From Syntrophorhabdaceae bacterium (GTDB lineage Bacteria; Desulfobacterota; Syntrophorhabdia; Syntrophorhabdales; Syntrophorhabdaceae), in assembly GCA_963666485.2 (NCBI GenBank), contig CAXXUO010000002.1:224001-288000 (forward strand): DNA of 64,000 bases, in the 5' to 3' direction. Under the pieces are notes generated by a model. It had not been told where the DNA came from, ran no database searches, and was given only the letters and a program-made list of their open reading frames with translations. Below are positions 56,413-64,000 of this stretch, piece by piece (position 1 is the first letter of the stretch; each line of letters starts with the position of its first letter). Both the position numbers and the translations under genes were made by a program.

Positions 56413-59400
56413 TTGCCGGTGGAGAAATGCGACGTGAGTCCGGCTGAATTGAACGTCCGTATCGTTGAAAGAGGAAAAGAGCTTAACGCGGCCCTCAAGG
56501 GAGAGAAACCGTCCCTTTTTCAGCGATCACGGTGGGTTGGCACGGTCCTCACCTGGCTTCTCAGACATGATGAACTGCGTGCCGGCGTATTTCGCTTTGT
56601 CGATGTATTCCCCGCCCTCGCCACGTCCGCGATGCTGGTCGACCACCTCGAGGACCTCGCAAGGTCCGACGGTTTGCACGCACCCATCCGGTGGGCCGTG
56701 CACCGTGCCCTGGCGGGAGACGGGCTTGCGAGGTCCGCCCTCGCCACGACGGTCCGGTACACGATGCGAAAGCTGGGCGAACAATTCATGGTGGGTGAGA
56801 ACACGGGAGATGCCGTTCGGAGGCTTTCGCATATACGCCGTGAAGGGTGTGCCTTCTCGGTCGATATTCTCGGAGAATCGGTCCTGAGCGAGGCTGAGGC
56901 CCGGGAGTACCGTGACCACTACCTCGATCTCATCGGTGCGCTCGCGCAAGCCCAAAGGCACTGGCCGCCCCTTGGCACGAAGGACGATCAGCCTGACCAC
57001 GACTGGGGATATCACCCGAAAGTAAACATTTCCCTCAAGCCGACATCTCTCTATTCGCAAGCCAGGCCCGTCGATTTCAATAACTCCGTCGAGGCGATGG
57101 TCGCACAGATCCGGCCGGTGTACGAAAAACTGCTCGGCAGCGGCGGTTCCCTTTGCATCGACATGGAATCGTACCAGTACAAGGACCTGTCGCTTGAGGT
57201 CTACAAACGGCTCAGGGCCGAATATCCCGGTCATCCCCACCTCGCCGTCGCCTTGCAGGCCTACCTTACCGACACGGACAATGACCTTTCCGAATTGCTC
57301 GACTGGAGCGACAGGCAGGGACTGCCTGTCTCGATCCGTCTCGTGAAAGGCGCCTACTGGGACCACGAGGTAATGAGGGCCCGCCAGAACGGCTGGGACG
57401 TCCCGGTCTACAGGGAGAAGGCGAAGACCGATGCCTCTTTCGAGCGCAACGCGCTGCGCATTCTGTCCCACCCCACCGCCTACCTTGCCTGCGCCTCCCA
57501 CAATATACGCTCCATCGCCGCAGTGATGGAGGCAGCCAGGTCCCTGGGCGTTCCGGACAACCGCTACGAGTTCCAGATGCTCTACGGCATGGCGGAACCC
57601 ATCCGGAGGGCCCTCGCACGAATGACCGGCCGGGTGCGGCTTTATTGCCCGTATGGCCGGATCGTGCCCGGGATGGCCTATCTCGTGCGCCGCCTTCTTG
57701 AAAATACCGCCAACCAGAGCTTCCTGCGCCTCGCCTTCACACGGGTGAAAGATGTCGACGCCCTCCTTGCAGACCCGGCGGGATTGACGGCTGAAGGCGG
57801 GACCGTCCCGGCCGTCTCTACCGGTCCTGCAGCCTTTTCCAACCAGCCGCCGGCCGACTTCACAAAGCGCGAGGAACGCCGCCTCTTCGCCCGGGCGGTG
57901 GCACTCGTCCGCCGGGAGTTCGAAAAGCCCTGCCCCCTCTTCATCAACGGCGAGGACAGGGCCACCGGGGATGTACTTCCCTCACTGAACCCGGCCGATC
58001 CTGACGAGGTGATCGCCCGTGTCTGCCAGGCGGGACGGGATGATGTGGACGATGCCATCGCGGCGGCGCAAAGCGCCTTCATGCGCTGGCGCGAGACGGA
58101 AAGCCCCGTCAGGGCCGGATACCTTACGGCTGCCGCGGCCTGGATGAGAGACCACAGGTACGAACTGGCGGCCCTGCAGGTATGGGAGATCGGCAAACAA
58201 TGGGGCGAGGCCTCATCCGACGTGGCGGAAGCCATCGACTACCTGGAATATTATGCCCGCGAGATGATACGGCTCGGCGTGCCCCATCCCCTTCCCTCGG
58301 TCCCCGGTGAGGTCAATAAGTACCTGTATGAGCCCCGGGGCGTCGCCGCCGTGATCGCGCCGTGGAATTTCCCGCTCGCCATTACGACCGGGATGGTCTC
58401 AGCGGCCGTCGTTACCGGGAACTGCGTGGTCTACAAACCCTCTCCCCTTACCCCCGCGGTCGGCCGCAGCCTGGCAGACGCATTCAGGGCCGCCAATCTG
58501 CCGGCGGGCGTTTTCAATTTCATCCCCGGCCGCACCGAGGTCATTGCGGAATACGTGATAAACCATCCTTCGATCGCCACCATTGCCTTCACCGGGTCTA
58601 CGCAAACCGGTCTCAAGATCATAGAGAGCACTGCGATCACCCGGCCCGGGCAGGTATGTGTCAAACGCATGATATGCGAAATGGGCGGAAAAAATGCGAT
58701 CATCATAGACGACGACGCCGATCTCGATGAGGCGGTACCCGGGGTCCTCGTATCCGCCTTCGGCTTCCAGGGTCAGAAATGCTCCGCCTGCTCGAGGGTC
58801 ATTGTCCTCGAAACCATATACGATGCCTTTGTCGAGCGCCTGGTCAGCGCGGCCGAATCGCTCCCGCTGGGCCCCGCGAGCGATCCCGCTTTCGTCCTGG
58901 GCCCCGTCTGCGACGCCGCCTCCCGGGCGAGGATCTCAGGCTACATCGAGACGGCTGCCCGGGAAGGGAGGGTCCTCTATAAAGGCAGGACGCCGCCTGC
59001 CGGCAATTATGTACCCGTTACCATTGTGGGCGATATCGCACCCGGGCATCGGCTCGCCGAGGAAGAGATATTCGGACCGGTCCTCGCCGTCATGAAGGCC
59101 AAGACCTTCGGGCAGGCCCTCGACGTTGCCAATTCAACGATGTATGCCCTCACGGGAGGCGTGTTCAGCCGGAATCCGCGCCACCTTGACGAAGCACGGA
59201 AAAGATTCCGGACGGGCAATCTCTATCTGAACCGCCATATTACCGGTGCCCTTGTGGGCCGCCAGCCCTTCGGCGGTCTTAAGATGTCCGGACTTGGCAC
59301 GAAGGCGGGCGGTGAAGGATACCTGCTTCATTTTATGGACCCCCGGGTCATTACGGAAAACACCGCGCGCCGGGGCTTTTCCCCGGAGTTGCTCGACCGG

Positions 59401-59430
59401 GGACGAAACGGCGAAAGGACGAAACGGTAG
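56413..59430 (+). CDS. putA: bifunctional proline dehydrogenase / glutamate-gamma-semialdehyde dehydrogenase
   Basis: IDME, RLVKGAYW, YLVRRLLEN; ALDH motifs PWNFP, EMGGKN, GQKCSAC, EEIFGP. Confidence 0.95.
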   Translation: MPVEKCDVSPAELNVRIVERGKELNAALKGEKPSLFQRSRWVGTVLTWLLRHDELRAGVFRFVDVFPALATSAMLVDHLEDLARSDGLHAPIRWAVHRALAGDGLARSALATTVRYTMRKLGEQFMVGENTGDAVRRLSHIRREGCAFSVDILGESVLSEAEAREYRDHYLDLIGALAQAQRHWPPLGTKDDQPDHDWGYHPKVNISLKPTSLYSQARPVDFNNSVEAMVAQIRPVYEKLLGSGGSLCIDMESYQYKDLSLEVYKRLRAEYPGHPHLAVALQAYLTDTDNDLSELLDWSDRQGLPVSIRLVKGAYWDHEVMRARQNGWDVPVYREKAKTDASFERNALRILSHPTAYLACASHNIRSIAAVMEAARSLGVPDNRYEFQMLYGMAEPIRRALARMTGRVRLYCPYGRIVPGMAYLVRRLLENTANQSFLRLAFTRVKDVDALLADPAGLTAEGGTVPAVSTGPAAFSNQPPADFTKREERRLFARAVALVRREFEKPCPLFINGEDRATGDVLPSLNPADPDEVIARVCQAGRDDVDDAIAAAQSAFMRWRETESPVRAGYLTAAAAWMRDHRYELAALQVWEIGKQWGEASSDVAEAIDYLEYYAREMIRLGVPHPLPSVPGEVNKYLYEPRGVAAVIAPWNFPLAITTGMVSAAVVTGNCVVYKPSPLTPAVGRSLADAFRAANLPAGVFNFIPGRTEVIAEYVINHPSIATIAFTGSTQTGLKIIESTAITRPGQVCVKRMICEMGGKNAIIIDDDADLDEAVPGVLVSAFGFQGQKCSACSRVIVLETIYDAFVERLVSAAESLPLGPASDPAFVLGPVCDAASRARISGYIETAAREGRVLYKGRTPPAGNYVPVTIVGDIAPGHRLAEEEIFGPVLAVMKAKTFGQALDVANSTMYALTGGVFSRNPRHLDEARKRFRTGNLYLNRHITGALVGRQPFGGLKMSGLGTKAGGEGYLLHFMDPRVITENTARRGFSPELLDRGRNGERTKR

Positions 59431-59462
59431 CTATGCGGCACAGAAAGGATTATAATTTCTAG

Positions 59463-60470
59463 ATGACACATACAGTCACTCTCATTCCCGGTGACGGCAT
59501 CGGTCCCGAGGTTTCTGCAGCCGCGCTGCGCGTTATTGAAGCAGCCGGTGTCGATATCGCGTGGGAAAGGTTCGACGTCGGGAACCGCGCCCAGGAATCG
59601 TCAGGCTCTTCGCTCCCCGATGAGGTCATCGAATCCATCAGGCGCAATGGCCTTGCCCTCAAAGGCCCGGTCGCCACCGAGATCGGGAAGGGCTTTACGA
59701 GCGTCAACGTTCGATTGCGCAAGGCACTCGATCTTTATGCCAATTTACGCCCTGTGCGGAAGCTCCCGGGAGTCGAGACACCCTTTGGCGACCTCAACCT
59801 CGTCGTCGTCAGGGAAAACACGGAAGACCTCTATGCGGGCATCGAACACGAGGTCGTGCCGGGGGTCATAGAATCACTGAAGATCATCACCGAAAAAGGG
59901 AGCACCCGCATCGCCGCCTTTGCCTTTAATTATGCAAGGACATTGGGACGAAAGAAGGTCACCGCCATTCACAAAGCGAACATTATGAAGATGTCGGACG
60001 GGCTGTTCCTGAACTGCTTCAGGCGTGTCGCCGCCGATTACCCGGACATCGAACACGACGAAATGATCGTCGATACCGCGTGTATGAAGCTTGTCATGGA
60101 CCCGCATCAATTTGACGTCCTCGTGATGGAGAACCTTTACGGGGACATCATTTCCGATCTCGCCGCAGGCCTTGTGGGAGGTCTCGGGGTCGTCCCCGGC
60201 GCCAACCTGGGCGAAAAGGCGGCTATTTTCGAGGCCGTACACGGCACGGCGCCGGACATTGCCGGGCAGGGCCTCGCGAACCCCACGGCAATACTCCTGT
60301 CCGTCGTCATGATGCTGCGCCACCTCGGGGAAGAAAACGCAGCATCGGGCATCGAAACCGCGTTGAACAAAGTACTCACACAACGGGAAAAGACGACGCC
60401 CGACCTTGGAGGCAGGGCTTCGACCACGGAGTTTACAGACGCCGTCATTACGGCCCTTGAACAAACGTAA
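59463..60470 (+). CDS. icd: NAD-dependent isocitrate dehydrogenase (isocitrate/isopropylmalate DH family)
   Basis: GDGIGPE, SVNVRLRK, RENTE, HKANIMK, NLYGDIISD and EAVHGTAPDIAG. Confidence 0.85.
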   Translation: MTHTVTLIPGDGIGPEVSAAALRVIEAAGVDIAWERFDVGNRAQESSGSSLPDEVIESIRRNGLALKGPVATEIGKGFTSVNVRLRKALDLYANLRPVRKLPGVETPFGDLNLVVVRENTEDLYAGIEHEVVPGVIESLKIITEKGSTRIAAFAFNYARTLGRKKVTAIHKANIMKMSDGLFLNCFRRVAADYPDIEHDEMIVDTACMKLVMDPHQFDVLVMENLYGDIISDLAAGLVGGLGVVPGANLGEKAAIFEAVHGTAPDIAGQGLANPTAILLSVVMMLRHLGEENAASGIETALNKVLTQREKTTPDLGGRASTTEFTDAVITALEQT

Positions 60471-60581
60471 AACATACGATGGGAGCCTATCGGCGATGAA
60501 TCGCCACCCGGTGTACCGGCTTGCGGCCATGCGAGAATAGTTGTACACTATCAGGCACAGTTGCTTTTTCAGGAGACTCAC

Positions 60582-63518
60582 ATGGCCAAAGCAAAAGACC
60601 CGGCCGAAGAGGAACTTGACACGGGAATCTCTAAGCTTTATCCACTCACGAGCGCACCCCAGACCGTAAACAGGGCGGAAGAGGAACCTTTCCGGATCAC
60701 ATCCGGTTGGCTCGAGATCGCGGAACAAGCCGCAGATGCGGGATTCTATGACTGGGACATGGTCACGGAACAGCTCACGTGGTCCCGGGGGATATACCAC
60801 CTGTTTGGTCTTTCTCCCGATGTAAAAGCAACCTTTGATACGTGGCTTGCGGTGATGCACCCTGACGACCGTGAACCGGCGATGGCAAGGATCCATCAAT
60901 CATGCGAGGAAAGGCTGCCCGGCAGAAACGAGTACCGTATCATCCTGCCTGGCGGGCAAGAGCGGTGGATAAGCGCATTCGGGACGACATTTTACGATGA
61001 GGCCGGCAAACCTTTTCGGCGTTGCGGCATCTGCATCGATATAACCGAGCGCAAGCAGTCGGAGGCCACGCTCAACAGAAGCGCGGAAAGGCTGGCCATT
61101 ATATCGGATACAGCCAACCGCCTCTTGATGAGCAAGGAGCCTCAATCGATCGTTGAAGACCTGTGTCAAAAGGTGATGGAACACCTTGATTGCCACGTTT
61201 TTTTCAATTTCCTCGTCGATGATGAAAGGAACTGCCTGCGGCTCAATGCTTATGCGGGAATCCCGGAAGAGACAGCCCGGGAGATCCATTTCCTGGATTA
61301 TGGTGTTGCCGTATGCGGCTGCGCGGCCAGGGACGCGTGCCGGATCGTAGCGCAGAACATCCCCACGACCCCGGATATCAGAACGGACCTCGTCCGTTCG
61401 TTTGGAATCACCGCCTATGCCTGCCACCCCCTGTTCGCACAGGGCAAAGTCATCGGGACCCTTTCTTTTGGTACCCGGTCGCGTCTTACCTTTAGCCAGG
61501 ACGAACTCTCCCTCATGAAAACTGTAGCCGACCAGGTTGCCATCGCGATGGAACGCATACGCCTTTTGCGGTCGGCGCAGGCGCGTGCCGAAGAACTCGA
61601 GCTCCGTGTCGGGGAACGTACTGACGAACTTCGGCAGGCCCTGCAATCGCTTTCCCGGGGCAGACAACGGTTATACGATGTGTTGGAGACGCTGCCCGCC
61701 TACGTTGTACTTCTCGCGCCGGATTACCGGGTCCCGTTCGCGAACCGTGTTTTCCGGGACCTTTTCGGCGATCCTGCCGACAAGAAGTGTTTTGAACATC
61801 TCTTTGGATGGACCGAACCATGTGAGACGTGTCAAACCTATGAAACGCTGAGGACCTCGATGCCCCAGCATTGGATGTGGGCCGGCCCGAACGGGCGGAC
61901 GTACGAAGTTCGTGATTTCCCCTTCACGGACACGGACGGATCTGCCCTTATCCTCGAGATGGGCGTGGATATAACGGACCAGAAACGTGCGGAGGAAGAG
62001 GTCCGTCTCGCGTATGCCTACAACCGGAACCTCATTGAGGTAAACCTCGACCCTCTCGTGACAGTCAGCCCGGACGGCCGGATAGCGGACGCGAATACAG
62101 CAACGGAAAGGGTGACGGGGTATTCCCGCGAAGAACTGATCGGCACGGATTTCAGCGATTACTATACCGAGCCTGAAAAGGCAAAGACCGGATATTTACT
62201 GGCCTTCGAGAAGGGCGCCGTAAAGGACTATGAACTCGCCATCCGCCACCGCGACGGACATGTTACGCCTGTCCTGTACAACGCGTCTGTCTACAGAGAT
62301 GAAACCGGCAAGGTGAGCGGTGTTTTCGCCGCAGCCCGGGACATGACCGACCAAAGGCGCCTCGAAAGCGAGCTTCGCCACTCCCAGAAGATGGAAGCTA
62401 TCGGCACCCTGGCGGGAGGCATTGCGCATGACTTCAATAATATGCTGGCCGCCATTCTCGGTTTTACGGAAATGGTCATGGAAGATACGCGCGACCGTTC
62501 CGACGTGCAGAGAAGTTTGCAGAACATCTCAAGGGCAGCCATACGAGCACGGGACCTGGTGAAACGGATCCTCACCTTCTCCCGCAGGACGGAGGAGCAA
62601 AGAAGTCCCATTTCCCTGTCACCCATCATCAGGGAGACAGTCGAGTTGCTCCGTGCTTCTATCCCTGCAATGATCGATATCGAACTCTCCCTCACGGCGA
62701 CGTCCGACACGGTCCTCGCCTCACCGCTGGACGTGCAGGAGGTCCTCATGAACCTTGTCACCAACGCCTCCCTTGCAATGCCGGAAAAAGGGGGGACTAT
62801 CGAGGTGAGCCTCAGCGACATCGACTTTGCGCCCGAATCAACCGTGCAAGGTTTTGAAGTAGTGCCGGGGGAGTATGTTCAGCTGGTTGTAAAGGATACC
62901 GGCTCGGGCATGGGGCCCGACGTGATGAAAAGGGTCTTCGATCCCTTCTTCACGACACGGGAAGTCGGGAAGGGCACGGGCATGGGTTTGGCGATGGTAT
63001 ACGGCATCGTGCAGAACCTGCAGGGTACCGTTACAGTTGAAAGCGAGGTCGGAGCGGGTTCTACCTTCAGAGTACTCCTGCCCAAGGTCAAGGCGGATAC
63101 ACAAGCGGAGGTAGAGCAGCCTGCCGCGGTCCCTCGCGGCAACGAGCGGATCCTCTTCATTGATGATGAACAAATGCTTGTCGAATGGGGGCGGATCACG
63201 CTTGAGCGCCTTGGTTACACGGTAACCACTATGACGGACAGCCGGGAAGCATTGAAAACTTTTTTTGCCGGTCCTTTCCTCTTTGACCTCGTCATTACCG
63301 ACCATTCCATGCCGCAGATGTCCGGGGTTCAACTCGCCAAAGAGTTTCTCTCAGTAAGAGGAGACATACCCGTGATCCTCTGCACCGGTTACAGCGACGC
63401 CGTTAATTCGGAAACAGCGAGAGCGGAGGGCATCAACGACTTCCTCATGAAACCCCTGTCCAAAGAGGAATTGGCGATAGCGATCAGAAAAGCGCTTGAC
63501 ACAAGATGCGCCGTGTGA
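60582..63518 (+). CDS. cytoplasmic hybrid sensor histidine kinase (PAS-GAF-PAS-PAS-HisKA-HATPase-REC)
   Basis: AHDFNN, NLVTNA, DTGSGM, PFFTT..GKGTGMGL; receiver IDDE...TDHSMP...KP; AGGAG RBS. Confidence 0.95.
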   Translation: MAKAKDPAEEELDTGISKLYPLTSAPQTVNRAEEEPFRITSGWLEIAEQAADAGFYDWDMVTEQLTWSRGIYHLFGLSPDVKATFDTWLAVMHPDDREPAMARIHQSCEERLPGRNEYRIILPGGQERWISAFGTTFYDEAGKPFRRCGICIDITERKQSEATLNRSAERLAIISDTANRLLMSKEPQSIVEDLCQKVMEHLDCHVFFNFLVDDERNCLRLNAYAGIPEETAREIHFLDYGVAVCGCAARDACRIVAQNIPTTPDIRTDLVRSFGITAYACHPLFAQGKVIGTLSFGTRSRLTFSQDELSLMKTVADQVAIAMERIRLLRSAQARAEELELRVGERTDELRQALQSLSRGRQRLYDVLETLPAYVVLLAPDYRVPFANRVFRDLFGDPADKKCFEHLFGWTEPCETCQTYETLRTSMPQHWMWAGPNGRTYEVRDFPFTDTDGSALILEMGVDITDQKRAEEEVRLAYAYNRNLIEVNLDPLVTVSPDGRIADANTATERVTGYSREELIGTDFSDYYTEPEKAKTGYLLAFEKGAVKDYELAIRHRDGHVTPVLYNASVYRDETGKVSGVFAAARDMTDQRRLESELRHSQKMEAIGTLAGGIAHDFNNMLAAILGFTEMVMEDTRDRSDVQRSLQNISRAAIRARDLVKRILTFSRRTEEQRSPISLSPIIRETVELLRASIPAMIDIELSLTATSDTVLASPLDVQEVLMNLVTNASLAMPEKGGTIEVSLSDIDFAPESTVQGFEVVPGEYVQLVVKDTGSGMGPDVMKRVFDPFFTTREVGKGTGMGLAMVYGIVQNLQGTVTVESEVGAGSTFRVLLPKVKADTQAEVEQPAAVPRGNERILFIDDEQMLVEWGRITLERLGYTVTTMTDSREALKTFFAGPFLFDLVITDHSMPQMSGVQLAKEFLSVRGDIPVILCTGYSDAVNSETARAEGINDFLMKPLSKEELAIAIRKALDTRCAV

Positions 63519-63566
63519 AAAGAAACATCGCAGAGTTCCCCGGATCGTCCGAACCTATCTTCTCAA

Positions 63567-64000
63567 TTAAATCTCGCAGATGAGGTTCCCCAGTTCTTCC
63601 GAGAATGTCGCGTAGTTCGCCGAATAATCTATGGGACATTCCACGACTGCCGGCCGGTTGAGCGCGAAGGCCTCGTTGAGAACGTGCGAGAGATCGTCCC
63701 CTTCCCGGACGGAAAAACCGGCGGCGCCGAAACTCTCCGCAAATGTGACGAAGTCCGGGTTCCCGAGATCGAGGCCGAAGTTCGTGAACCCCTTGGCCTC
63801 CTGCTCCCACTTGATGAACCCGTAGGCGTTGTCATTGAGAATGAGTACGACCACGGGAATGTTGCACCGGATGGCTGTTTCGAGTTCCTGGGCGCTCATC
63901 ATGAAGCCCCCGTCCCCCACGACGGCAAGCACTCTCCGGCGGGGATTCAACATCTTTGCCGTCATTGCCGACGGCAGACCCGCCCCCATGCTCGCGAGCG
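63567..64000 (-). CDS. acetolactate synthase large subunit-like TPP enzyme (5' part outside the window)
   Basis: MGAGLP, GDGGFMM...NDNAYG TPP-binding motif. Confidence 0.88.
   Translation of the reverse strand, partial: LASMGAGLPSAMTAKMLNPRRRVLAVVGDGGFMMSAQELETAIRCNIPVVVLILNDNAYGFIKWEQEAKGFTNFGLDLGNPDFVTFAESFGAAGFSVREGDDLSHVLNEAFALNRPAVVECPIDYSANYATFSEELGNLICEI

Overview
A 64-kb, GC-rich bacterial chromosomal segment. Gene content and style suggest an anaerobic deltaproteobacterium, possibly Syntrophorhabdaceae-like (inference only). Housekeeping genes include fmt, def, folK, miaA, scpB, pilT/pilU, PBP1A, an mltD-like gene, an RND pump, fumC-sdhAB-putA-icd, a hybrid kinase and partial SulP and ALS genes. 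They are interleaved with two accessory blocks. Block 1 (1.7-16.5 kb) is a pair of divergent operons encoding exported proteins: two caspase-like (C14) proteases, a DUF4384-like protein, a 2044-aa TPR/Ig/TSP1-like giant, two lipoproteins and a TMTC-like glycosyltransferase. Three of these proteins share short K/R-D-I-x-L/M-D/E and GAKAI motifs that look like cleavage sites of an extracytoplasmic protease cascade. Block 2 (44-52.3 kb) holds a frameshifted Cys-stapled coiled-coil repeat protein and a candidate RiPP cluster (two radical SAM enzymes, a 66-aa Cys-rich precursor and an MFS exporter). Other observations are a UxxC thioredoxin-like selenoprotein missed by the ORF track, a GGT-fold enzyme lacking its gamma-glutamyl-binding residues, a dehydrogenase with no canonical start that lies in frame behind an amber stop, and nested intergenic palindromic repeat elements. 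No tRNA, rRNA or CRISPR array was recognised. All family calls come from motif recognition by eye, not database searches.
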